From positions 122,016,001 to 122,080,000 of the forward strand of contig OZ024743.1 of NCBI GenBank assembly GCA_964016885.1: 64,000 nucleotides of DNA, in the 5' to 3' direction. The translations under genes were made by a program, and so were the position numbers. This document shows, piece after piece, positions 14,228 to 27,400 of this stretch. Positions within the stretch are counted from its first letter, which is position 1. Each line of letters starts with the position of its first letter. The notes beneath the pieces were generated by a model. The model searched no databases, was not told the DNA's origin, and was given only the letters and a program-made list of their open reading frames with translations. The stretch is from Eledone cirrhosa. Taxonomy: Eukaryota.

Positions 14228-14491
14228 CAAGCATATTGCTCTGATCGATTGACAAGATCCCAGACCTCATTCGCTTGCTGAGTGGGGTGGACCTCATCAA
14301 ATTGGACCAAGGAACCAATGTTTCCATTGGTCTTTCCATTGCTGATACTATCTTCCAGTTGCAACTCCTGGAAGAAGGAGCAATGTGAAATAAAGTGTCT
14401 TGCTCAAGGACACAACGCATCATCCGGTCCGAGAATTGAACACGCAGTCTCATGATTGCGAATCCAACTCTCTAACCACTAAGCCACGCGC
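14228..14491 (-). mobile_element. CORE-like tRNA SINE with a different 3' body
   Basis: Same head and aataaagtgtcttgctcaagga core. The 3' part differs (ttccattggtctttccattgctgatactatc, also seen at ~51915). Confidence 0.75.
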
Positions 14492-17400
14492 ATATAAACT
14501 AAAATTATTATTGGGGAGTAAATAAGATGATGTGAAAGAATTTACAAACATAATCTCCTTTCATCTAATACTCTACACATTACTCTAGAAACAATGAAAA
14601 CAATAACAGATTCATATAAAACAATATCTGGATTCATTCTAGATATTCTTATTCAATAAAAACACAACTATTTGAGAAGAAATGTCTAGTTATACTAGTA
14701 TAAGTTTTGTGATAGATTATATAACAGCATGGGTTAATAGCTTTTCATATTTAGTAAGTAAAATTAGCCTGCTTAATTTTGTTAATATTGATTTCTTTTC
14801 ACTATAAGTGAAAGAAATTTAGAATATTTGCATAATCAACTGCATCTTTGATGAATTGTAGTGCACCCGAGCACTGCACACAATAATCTTCATTATTATT
14901 ATATAGTTAAAATACAAAATTGCCCTTACCTCTGGTGAGAGCAAAAGCTAAATTTACACGACTCTAGATATAGTAATTGTTATTGATATCTATCATCACC
15001 ACTACTGCACCCACTGCCCATACCCCCTCCAGAATCCCTGGAAGCTACTCTCTCTACCCCTTGTTCAGCCCCTCACTACCTGCCTCAACTATCTCTCCAC
15101 TGAGACTGCCTGACTGCCCCCTCTCTATCGACAACATCACCCACACCACTACACCCCCTCTCCCCATGTAATAATCAGCTACTCATACCTCTTACTCATT
15201 CCTTACGTGCTAACCATCTCTCCATCACGCCCCCCCCCACCTTCACCATATTGACCACATCCCTCACACCACATCACTTTACACTAATCAACTACCCCTA
15301 CCCGTTACTCATTGCCCTTGCCAAATCCCCAGATACACCTGTAACTTCATACCTATCTCCTTCCCCTATTGCCCCCCCCCCCCCAGATGAGAGGATTCTA
15401 CAGCCAGCTAGGTCTATGACCAAGAACCTCTTTAGTGATGGTGCCACAAAAATGCACCTGGTACACTTCATAAGGATAGTTGACAACAGGAAGGACAACT
15501 CACTATAGAAATCACGCCTAAAAGGGCTGAAAGACCCTTTAGCCATGTCAAATAACCACAGACCAATTTTTGTGTTTGGTGTCATGAAACAGTATGCAGT
15601 GGACATTAGTGTCAACCACCATTTATTGGCATGGGCCAGCAGGTAGCCCTGTGAAATGCAGAACTAATTGCTGTATGATATGTCAGTTACACTTCAACAA
15701 TATCTCAATATATTATAGATGCATAATTTAAATAAATTTGTACTAAATCTTTATCAAGTTATATCAGATGAGTTCAGGATAAAAAAGTGATATTCATTTT
15801 ATCATGATTTTCAAAGTAACTTTAATAGTCTTTCTACTATTACTTAACATTAATTATATTTTAGGATTAGCAAAAGTATGTTTTTCTCTAATTAATTACA
15901 AAATTTGAAACATTCATTTAGTAAAGTTATCTTACATATCAAACGTACTACTGATTCTCTGCATAGCAACTAAAAGGGTAAGAGTTCATGCTTTACAAAA
16001 ATATTCCTTGAGAAATCAATTAAAGAAAGAAAAGATAATATCATAATTCATGTAATTAAATCACTATTATCTTTCTATATATTTTTTTTGGCATGGTTTA
16101 TGATTATATATAACAATACAGATATGAATCAAAACATGATTAATTGGAGCAATGTTTTTTTTAGATGGATGTCCTTCCTAATGCAAAGCCTTCTCATCAA
16201 AAGTATTCTAAAAGGAACCATACTTTATTGTTGCATAAGCAATTAGACAACAAAAAATGTTAAATGAAGGTCTTAAGAATAAAAGATGACTGTAAGGTAT
16301 GCCATGTAAACTTTGTGCAATAGATTATCAATTGGGCTCAATGTTGAGTGCTCAATTATATATATATTTCACAAAGAGCACTAAATGATATGATATATTA
16401 TATATCAAATGAACATAATCATTCAGTTAAGCAAACTTGACATTTAAATAAGCTTCAGAGAATTGATGAGCAAGCCTGCAATGTATATAAAACTGATTTT
16501 GACAGTTAAACTTCAACATTATATATGAACTATGTTTGTTAAAGGCAAGTATATATTCAAAGCTTTTGAGACTACATCTGAAACTAAGTGGATGGTAAAG
16601 CATTAATTATCATTAAAGATGTTTATAGAAGGTCCTTGAGGACTTTACCCACATGACCCTCCCATGAATAAGTGGGCGAAGAAGAGGATAGAAAAAGAAC
16701 AACGTATTCTGCTTAAATGCTAACCTAGTTTGCATTGATGAGGGGGAAAGATACAGAGAAAATTATAGCTACAAAATATGAGATGCATATCTAATAGCTA
16801 CCTTAAACAATGAAAAAACACCCCTTTATTTTCTATGGTTTAGAGCATTATTGTTTTAAACTTAAAATTATATTTACATTCTGAAAAACTAGGTGCCAAT
16901 TAGATTGGTAGATTAGTAATAATGCATTATAAATGTTTCATTGTTGTCGACATACTAAAAATATATAAAAATACACCGGTGGTGTAGAGAGAGGAGACTG
17001 TTATGTATGGGCAATTGTTGGTCTTCCACAAGAAACACCTTCCCTGGGCTTGTATCTCAGTGGGAAACTTTCTAGGTGCAAAACCCATGATTATTTGTGA
17101 CCAAATATTAAGATCACAAGGACACTATATGTAAATTGTTTCTAAAAGTTCAATTCATTAATAACAATAATTTGATTCTATAAAGTACTTTTTTCTTAAT
17201 TTTTGTGAGATTGTTGAAGAACTTCGTTTTTACACTCCTTATATAGAATAATAATGGAAAACCTAATCAACTTTTAAAGTAAATTGAAGAAATAATATAT
17301 ATTAATAGTATATTAAAAGAATATCTAATATTAACAGTTTAATCTATTGATTATTTTGTGAATAAGAGTTTTTTTTCTATATTTCAATTGTAAACACAGA

Positions 17401-17843
17401 AAATATAAAGAAGCAGATCAGTGATATGAATTAGAATACTATTGTAATTTTTAAGTATGAGATAATTGAAAAGGAAAATTGTAGATTGTATAATATATAA
17501 TTTTATATGGTATTGGATTTAATCAATTTGAATTTAAACATTGATTGTAGGTAGTCAAATTTAAGACTTAATAGAAAAGAAGCTAGAAATCAACCTGATA
17601 TTTTAGTAGGGGTTTAGCATAAAGTAAAAAGATGTGTACAAAACTTTATGACTTAATTTGGCAATGAAGAAAAACTTCATATATAGTAAATACGAAAATA
17701 ATATTCAGCTTTGAGAAAATAAATATTTTGGCATATTATTGTAATTTTCTTTTAAAAACTGAGTTTAGCTTTCTTCCATTACTATTATAATTTGGATCAA
17801 TTAAATGTTGTTGTTTAGTTAGATAGCATAAGGAATAATTTTA

Positions 17844-18289
17844 TTAACCCTTTTGTTATTATAGTTCTAACAAAAGACCCTGCCAATGAGTTTCAAATAA
17901 TTTTAAAAATAACTGAGAATTTAGAGGGATTTAGTAAAGTATCAAACTTTCTTATTATTAAGCTGACATCATAATATCTTTCTGGGTCTTTACATTCTGA
18001 GTTTGAATCCTGCTGAGAGCAACTTTGCTTTTCATCTTTCTGAAGTTAATAAAATAATATATTAGTTAAGTACAGGGGTTGATTTAATTGACTTTTCCCT
18101 CTCCCCAAAGTTGCTGACCTTGTACCTAAATTAGAAACGATTATTAAGCGGGCGTTTGGAACATAACTTTATAAAGGTTCTTACATAAAGGGAAGGATTT
18201 CAGATAAATGTAAACATCTAAAAATAAGCAGCTTTGTATCATAGAAACAGAGGAGGCAGTTTCAGGTGGTTTAATACCAAAAGGGTTAA
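17844..18289. mobile_element. Second piggyBac-like MITE family with nested Meta-like SINE (~17985-18145)
   Basis: ttaacccttttg...caaaagggttaa. The body resembles 3132-3377 and 33370-33602. Confidence 0.7.
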
Positions 18290-19084
18290 ACAATTTACGA
18301 AAATTGGAAGAAAATTCATTTGAGGTTGGTTGAGAGCTTTCCATTCTTGATTAGAAATCATTAACGAAAGAAACTATTTTTCTTCAAGTAAAAGAATAAT
18401 AGAGTGTTTAAAAATGAAGAGATGATATTGAAACAAATTAGGAAGCGAGGGAAATAATTTAATTTTTTTTTTTTTTTTTTTTCAAATTTATCCTGACTGT
18501 TTTATATATACATTCTAATAATTTATCTAAATTCTATTTGATATATTTTTAATTCTTATGAAAATTAAGAATTTGAAATATATTTCTGTTATAAAGTAAT
18601 ATTTCGTCTTATAGAAAAATCATGGGTAAAAGAAAATATAAATAAAAGATAACTTTTACATGAAACTGCATAAGAACCCCATTAATAGAATATTTTCATT
18701 CTAAATGAGTAAATAAGAAAATTATTTCAATAAGAGTGATGATTAAACAGATATAATTAATTTCAAAGGATAAATGGAAATTATATATTTTCATGGAAGC
18801 TAAAATGATTAATATATTTTGTAGAAAAATACAATTATAAAGATGAAAATATGCATTTGGTAAAAAAGAAAAGATACTTTAGGAAGACTAAAATATAACA
18901 ATATTTGACTTTTAAGTATTCTAAAGTAAAAATGACTATTTCTGAAGTTATCGAAAATAAAATAATATTAAAAAATCAAATAGAGTTTTAGTTAGAACGG
19001 AAAGGAAACACACACATGACTGTATCTGTATATAGAGAATGAGATAGAAAGAGGGTAAGAGCCAGGTAGACAGACATCCACAAA

Positions 19085-19250
19085 TCATCATCATCATCAT
19101 CATCGTTTAACGTCCATCTTCCACGTTAGCACGGGTTTGGACGGGAATTTTTCCACTTGAGGCAAGATTGGTTGTCTTGCTCGTATAGGACTGTCTGGCA
19201 GGTTTTCTACGGCTGGATGCCCTTCCTAACACCAACCACGTTTACAGTGT
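19085..19250 (-). mobile_element. RTE 3' UTR fragment
   Basis: Near-identical to the reverse complement of 51010-51180. Confidence 0.85.
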
Positions 19251-19569
19251 AAATATAAATTAAGTAGAGGAACATAACTTAGACAACTGTGATTGAGTGA
19301 GGAAAAAATTCTAGTGTCCGTTAATTTAAAAATCTAACTGTATTTATAAATACCTATACTTAAATATATTCTTAATCATTTGTACAGAGGAAAAATTCAC
19401 ATGAAGTACAGTAGTTTATCTAGATTTATAAAAATCTATTAATAAAATATATGAACTCGGTTTAAGAAAAATGAGTCAGTTTCTAAATATCTTCATGTAT
19501 ATAATTACAAAAGGATACATACATATCACACACACACACACACACACACACATACATACATACACACAC

Positions 19570-19623
<54 letters not shown>

Positions 19624-21465
19624 AAAAGAGTCAGGACCCTGATGGCTGAGCTCCAGCTGTTTTGACAGCTAAAACTGAACCATATATATATGTATGCACA
19701 CATACATATATATATATATTATTTTGATTATGATATATATTCATATTGATTGGACCTTTTAAAAAGTTCAATAGTCCATGTGTTTACTAAATGATCAATA
19801 TGACTCAAAATGTAACAATATTTGTTACAATATATACACAATTACCAATCTAAACCTTTCCAAACATATAGGAAATGTGGGTGTGGTGGTGTAATTCATA
19901 CAGGTACAAATGGGAATAATGTATAGGAAATAATATTTCTAAAACTTCAATACAAATTGAAAAGCATGTTTTGTAAAACAAACACTCTTCAATCTTATTA
20001 ACAAAAAAATGGTTGCCAAATGCCTAGCTTTTAAATAGCACATTCATCACAAACAGAAAATATATGATCCCTCATAATTGATTAAAACTATATTTTATAT
20101 AAAAGGTTGAGGTTTTGATGGTTATTATCTAAGCATTACAACTAAAGATTATTTTTATAGAACTAATTTCTTAAAATTAAAAAAACATTTTCGAGCACAT
20201 TTCTGTACAAAATCTAGAGTATTTTCAAAAGTCTCAAAGATACAAATAATCATGTTTTTGTTTATTGTAGAAAAAGTAATGTGATTGGGAAGGAAATCAA
20301 TTTGATAATTTATTAATTTCAATATTTACAAATTCAAAATTAATATCACTGGATATATATTATAGCGATTTTAGTTATAATTTAGAGATCTTTAACTCTT
20401 AACATTCTGTAATGATTTAGCAGAAAATATCTAAAAATAGCATCCTTAATTCAAATGTATATAATATCTTTACTACATCACAGATCTTTGTGAAAATATG
20501 AAGTATTAAATAGAGTAAAGACTTTAATTTTTCACGTGATGCAGTCATGGAGATATTTTGTAGTTTTCAAGAATGTATTACTAGTGTAGTTGGATATGGT
20601 ACAGGACATTAAGAATTGAAGAATAAAAGTAAAAATTTGTACTGGTGAAATTTAAACTCAGAACAATATGGCACCAACTAGATGCTATAAAAAATCTAGT
20701 CTAGTTTGCTACCATTTGCAATAATACCTCTGTTGTTGTCCCAACAAAAGAGTTTTTATATGCTTACTTGAATTGATAGAAATAGAAACCAGGATGGTCA
20801 CAACTGGAATGTCTTTGATTATAGGTATGTCCAGTCAGAGTTGGAGTAATAATAGTTTCTAACAGTGTCACAAGTCTACACATGTTAGAAGAAGGCAGAC
20901 AATTAAATTTTCTGCAGTACTTAACAGGTGCTAATCTATCAACCTTTTACTCAAATATATTTAAATAAATCAAATACCTTAAAAAAATAAACTGGTTTAA
21001 TATTTGAATGATAAGAATAGTACTGTATGTAGATGGGAATAAGAAATGAAAACATCAGTACTTAATATGAATTTGGGATATTAAATACAGATGAATTTAA
21101 GAAATGTTTGTTTGACAGTGAAATCATTGTTTTAACAATATTTGTATAGTACATAACAAGTTTGGGAAAATTATTGTTTTGCTTTTTTCATAAAAAAATC
21201 ACTGTGAGAAACAGTTAACCTACAAATACCTAAAACTGAAGTATTTTATTCAAACTTGCTCAAACTTGAAATGTTAAGGATATAATTTTTCTCACATTTA
21301 TACAAGCTCATGCCTAAAATATGAGACACTAATTTATAAATTAAACTATCTCTAGATTTTAACAACAATGTGCTCAGCATTAGTAAAAGAAAGAAAAGAA
21401 AACAATGAAAGCAGACTAATAATTGCCTGCAGAAAGAAAGCAGCATAAAAACTAGAAATAACTTT

Positions 21466-24400
21466 CTATAACTCTTCTCTTGATAATCCTAGCAACCGTT
21501 TTTGGGTTGATAGAACTTTTTCCCCTTTAAAAACACGAGGTTGGGATTTCTGTGACTCAGGTACAGAGCTTAAATCTTTTAGACTTTTACTATGGCGATT
21601 TAACATATCCTTCTGTATGAATATGTTATTCTTAAGAAGACCTATACTATCAAAAGCATTAGTTTCATTAGGGAGTAATGTTGAAGACTGATCAAGGTTA
21701 CCTGGTGCATTTTCATAATTTTCTTTCTTTTTGTGGGGCAATGTTTTGTAGTGTCTTGTTCTTTGTTCTGGGTCTGAATCCAGAAATTCATTTTGTTCTG
21801 GATTCATAACAGAGTAGTCACTTTGACCCTTTTTAAGTGCTGTATTAAATAAATCAGGAGAAGATTTTCCTTTATATTCATCTTGAAAATATTCCTCTGG
21901 ATTTTTCGATTTTTTAGACTTTGATTGAAATTTAGATAAAAATTTCATTGAAGTGCTTTTCACAAGACCAGCTGATGAGTTCTTGGGTGGCACTTCAGGT
22001 TTTTTCTTGTTTCCTTTTCCTAAAACTTCAACTGATTTCCATTTTTTCTGTGGGTTTTTTTTATTTATATTTTGGACCTCCTCAGCACTTATGATGGTTG
22101 GTTCAGGAGATGTTGGAGAATCTGGAGGTTTTGAGAATTTTTTCTTTTTTCTTGGCAAGGAATTACTTTTATTTAAATTGGGTGTTGTTTCCTCAAATGC
22201 CCATTGCTCATTTTGTGCTAGGTTATTTTCATCAACATTTGATTTTTGGAGATTATACTCAGGGGCTTTGGTTTCATGAGAGCCTTTATTTGATGCAAAT
22301 GGAGTTGCTTCTATTGAGCTTTCCAATTTTTGTATGTTTGGAGATGAAGGCTCCATGTTTTGGGTTTTAGGAAATGTCAAAGAAACGTCTGTATTTTCAT
22401 TATTATTGGTAGTGTCTTGTGGTGTTGGCTGCTTGTTGAATATAAGATGTGGTGAATCTTGAAGATATTTGATGTCAGACTCACTGGGAGTTCTATTTTG
22501 ATTAACATATTCTGGTTCTGAAGAAGAAGAGATAAAAGAAGCATTGTTTGCCTCTGATGGAAAAACAGTCTCTTTTGATAATTCCACACCAATTTCAGAC
22601 TTCTTGGAATTTGAAAGAAGCTGATGTTCTGGAATACGGTCTCTTGGTGATAAAACAACACTGCCGAGAGACGTATGATGATCAACATTTTCGACATTTG
22701 AATTAGCTTTGTATTGGATAGTTGACAAAGAGTCAGGGGAAGTAGTAACAAGATATTGAGCATCAGATTGGCTTGCAGGTCTTTCTACTTCAACAGATTT
22801 TGGGGACGTGACAACTTGAGAATCAGATATAATATGAAAAGAACTATCAGGAAGGTCTCTTGAATTGGTATCACTCTTCAAATATTCACTATTATCCGAA
22901 AACTGCCTTGCTACATAATCTTTCATTTCAGTGCTTCTTGGTCTTATTGACTGGATCCTTTCACCTTCTGTTTCAAATTTTGTTTTTATCAATGTACCTG
23001 AATCAGGTGCTACCAATTTGAGGGCAAATTTTTGAGGTTTTATGTAACTGGAATCATAGGTGTTAATTTCTTCTCCAAAGAGTTGTTTCCTTATATTTAT
23101 GGAAGTGTTTTGTTTCGAAGTTGTGGTTTCCTTTGGAGAATCTTGTAAAAGTATGTTCTTTGATGTAATATTCCTAATGTTTTGAATTTGACTGTCATTT
23201 TCATTAACATCAACACCCAAATCGGATTTGAGACTTTTCAATACACTACTGTCTTTTAAGTCAATTGAAGCAGCATCTTTTTTTAACAATATAGAAGAAT
23301 TATCTTTGTCATCATAGAAATTTGAATGTGCATAATTTGTTGTTTCTCGAGAATCAATTTTAGAAGGAAGGGAAACAGAATTCTGAGTCAAAGAAGGCTG
23401 AGAAATGGTTGTTTGGTGAGAACTTAGTAAATAATTTGAAAATGCACCTTTACTTTCAGGAGTTAACTCAATAGATACATTTTCTTGTTGACATGTTTTA
23501 AAAGTGGATTCTGTCGATCCTGGGGAATTGTTGGAATTGAAGGGAAGTGTAGTTGGAATCATTGAAGATTGTTCAAAATCCCAATTTGGTCCATCTTGGT
23601 ATTTTTCATTATATACTTTTAAGTTAACTTGTTTAGTAGGTGTCTCATTATCTAAATCCTCCCTTTTAAAAGTAGTTTGGTGAGAGACATTCAACGGTTC
23701 AATTGTTTTATTGCCAAACTGAACTGGCTGCTCTGAAGCATTGAATTCATCTTTAGTTTTAGAATGCAAAACATCTAAATCAACAGTATATCCAATAGAC
23801 TTTTCATGCATTTCATTTTGATTAGTTGAAGAATCATTCGCATTAGTTTTAACAACCTGCGTAAAAGAACTTTCTGGCATTGAGGCAGTCAAATAGTTCT
23901 CAGTATTAACTTTAGGAGCTTCTACTTTCGTAGATTGCTCTAAAGTTGTTGAATAATCAGACATCATTACATTAGATTTTCTATCTAGATCTAAGTTCAA
24001 TTGATTTTGTGTATATGTTGGTGTAGACAGATAATTTTTATTTGGCTCTAAATATATAGAGGTACTCTTTGATGAAGAAGAGATTCCATTCAAAGACATT
24101 TGTGTCTCATCAGCTTGATCTTCTAAATTAGATGTTCCTCTCTTCAGCTCACCATCAACATTAGGTCGTTTTGTCTTCAGCTCAGCATCAACAATAAATG
24201 TTTTTGTTTTGGGCTCAACCTGAACATTAAATGGTTTTGTCTTTAGCTCAGCAACAGCATTAAGTGTTTCTTTCTTTAGGTCAGCATCAACATTAAATGG
24301 TTTTGTCTTCAGTTCAGCATCAACATTAAATGTTTTTGTCTTTAGGTCAGCATCAACATTGAACGGCTTTGTCTTCAGCTCAGCATCAACATTAAATGGT

Positions 24401-27400
24401 TTTGTCTTTAGGTCAGCATCAACATTTGATGGTTTTGTCTTTAGCTCAGCATCAACATTAGATGATTTTGTCTTTAGCTCAGCATCAACATTAAATGTTT
24501 TTGTCTTTGGCTCAACCTGAACATTAAATGTTTTTGCTTTTAGCTCAGCATCACCATTAAATGTTTTTGTCTTCAGCTCAGCATCAAAATTAGATGGTTT
24601 TGTCTTCAGCTCAGCATTAAAATTAGGTCTATTTGTTTTCAGCTCAGCATCACTATTAAACAGTTTTGTCTTTGGCTCAACCTGAACATTAGATATTTTT
24701 GTCTTTAGTTCAGCATCAACATTAAATGGTTTTGTCTTTGGCTCAACCTGAACATTTTTTGTCTTTAGCTCAGCATCAACATTAAATGGTTTTGTCTTTG
24801 GCTCAACCTGAACATTTTTTGTCTTTAGCTCAGCATCAACATTAAATGGTTTTGTCTTTGGCTCAACCTGAACATTTTTTGTCTTTAGCTCACCATCAAC
24901 ATTAAATGTTTTTGTCTTTGGCTCAACCTGAACATTTTTTGTCTTTAGCTCAGAATCAACATTAAATGTTTTTGTCTTTAGCTCAGTATCAACATCAGGT
25001 CTTTTAGTCTTTACCTCAGCATCAACATTAGATGTTCCTCTCTTCAGTTCAGCATCAACATTAGGTCTTTTTGTCTTTAGCTCAGCATCAACATTAAATG
25101 GTTTTGTCTTTGGCTCAACCTGAACATTTTTTGTCTTTAGCTCACCATCAACATTAAATGGTTTTGTCTTTGGCTCAACCTGAACATTTTTTGTCTTTAG
25201 CTCACCATCAACATTAAATGTTTTTGTCTTTGGCTCAGAATCAACATTAAATGTTTTTGTCTTTAGCTCAGAATCAACATTAAATGGTTTTGTCTTTAGC
25301 TCAGTATCAACATCAGGTCTTTTTGTCTTTACGTCAGCATCAACATTAGATGTTCCTCTCTTCAGTTCAGCATCAACATTAGGTCTTTTTGTCTTTAGCT
25401 CAGCATCAACATTAAATGGTTTTGTCTTTAGCTCAGCATCAACATTAAATGGTTTTGTCTTTAGCTCAGCATCAACATTAGATGTTCCTCTCTTCAGCTC
25501 AGCATCAACATTAAATAGTTTTGTCTTTAGATCAGCATCAACATTAGATGTTCCTCTCTTCAGCTCAGCATCAACATTAGATGTTCCTCTCTTCAGCTCA
25601 GCATCAACATTAAACAGTTTTGTCTTCAGCTTAGCATCAACATCAGGTGTTTTTGTCTTTAGCTCAGCATCAACATTAGATGTTCCTCTCTTCAGCTCAC
25701 CATCAACATTAGGTTTATTTGTCTTCTGCTCACCATCAACATTAAACAGTTTTGTCTTTGGCTCAACCTGAACATTAGATGTTTTTGTCTTTAGTTCAGC
25801 ATCAACATTAAATGTTTTTATCTTTAATTCAGTATCAGCATTATTGCCTTTTGGTTTGAGCTCAGCATGAACATTAGTTGTTTTTGCTTCTAGCTGAGCA
25901 TCAATATTATCCTTCTTTAGCTCTGATGGAGAATTTGGAAGGCTAAGCGAGAGAGTTGAAGTATAAACAGGTTCAGATGATTTGGAAGGAGAAATAATTA
26001 TTTGGGAATTTTCTGTTGTATGTGGCATTATTATAGATTTTGGTGAGCGATCCTGAAAGGATTGAAACTTTTCCTTTATGTCTCGTTGTTGATCTGCAGA
26101 GAAGCTTTCATGAACATCCATAGTGATTTCTTTACTAGCTTCTGATACATAGCTTTCAGAATTATCATCTTCTTTGGCCAAATGCATTGTTGACACATTA
26201 GTTTGGAAATATCTAAAATCATTTTTAGAGTCAGTAGGTATTTCTGATATATTTCTATCCTTAGACATTTTTATTACCATATCTTCTGCAGGTATTTCAA
26301 TTGATTTTGTAGTATCCTCACTTTCTTTTATATTACTATCGATATTTAGATACTTTTGTGCATCAGTTTCATTCATTTGGGATGTTTTTAAGGTTGAGGG
26401 GCTTTCTGTGTTATCATTAGTTGTTGTTTTACTGATAATATTAGGAAAAGTGTCTTGGGAAGGTACAAAGACAGGACTTGAAGCCAAGACCCTAGGCATT
26501 TCAACTTCATGTTCTGTTGAAGAATAAGCAATCCTATTGCATTTTTCAGGAGATTTTGTTTTAGTGACATTATCATTATTAGGTTTAAGAGTAACATCCA
26601 CAGAAAGCTTTTTTGTTTCAAGTATTTCATCTTTTCTTGAAATTAAACTATTTTCTGTAGGGTCATTATTATTCATAGTGATTTCTTTAGAAGCTTGATC
26701 AATTATATAATCAACATAATTCTGAGAGAATATCTCCATAGCGTTTGTTGTCTCTTTCGAAAGTGTATCTGTTAAATTTTTAGAGTTATCGAAATTGATA
26801 TCATATTTACTCAAGCATTTTGGGGAATTTGTCGCTAAAGAATCACTGCTAATATTTTTTGAATCAGATGTTTCAGAATGATTCCAGGACAGTTGTGTTT
26901 GAATTTTAGAAGTTTTTAAAGGACAAGATTCTAATGAAGAATTGTTATTTTGCTGATCTTTTAAGGATGGTATTTCTAACTTTTCATCATAAAAATTCTT
27001 TTTCTTTTCAAACGTTTCTTTTACAGTTGGTGAGTATTGGTTTTGTAACTTACTTTCATCTGTAATTTTATGGATTGTGTTTTCAGATGTTTCTAAGTTT
27101 GGATTTTCAATAATAGTTGATTTAAAATGCATAGAATGTTCAATTTGGGATTTCTCCTCCTTAGGAACAAAATTCTCCTTATGGTCAATTTTATGGTAAT
27201 CTGATTGTGGCTGTTCTTTAGATTGTATCTCTTTCTCAGATAGCTTTGAATCTTTTACTGTTATTGTAACACTTTTATATACATCATTATTTACAGAAGT
27301 TGGCACACTATGAGGAACTTGATTCTGGATATTGTTAGAATCTCTCTTAATACTGTCCTTAACTAATTCCACATTGGTTATGTTTATATTTGCTTTATCA

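Noticed and set aside
14006-14230. Poly-Leu ORF resembling a membrane protein
   Set aside because: Translation of an (AAT)n microsatellite.
14960-15660. C-rich block with short ORFs, possible Penelope GIY-YIG relic
   Set aside because: No convincing motif recoverable by eye.
24130-25908. Regular ~33-bp repeats resembling a CRISPR array
   Set aside because: No unique spacers, in-frame coding tandem repeat, eukaryotic context, no cas genes.
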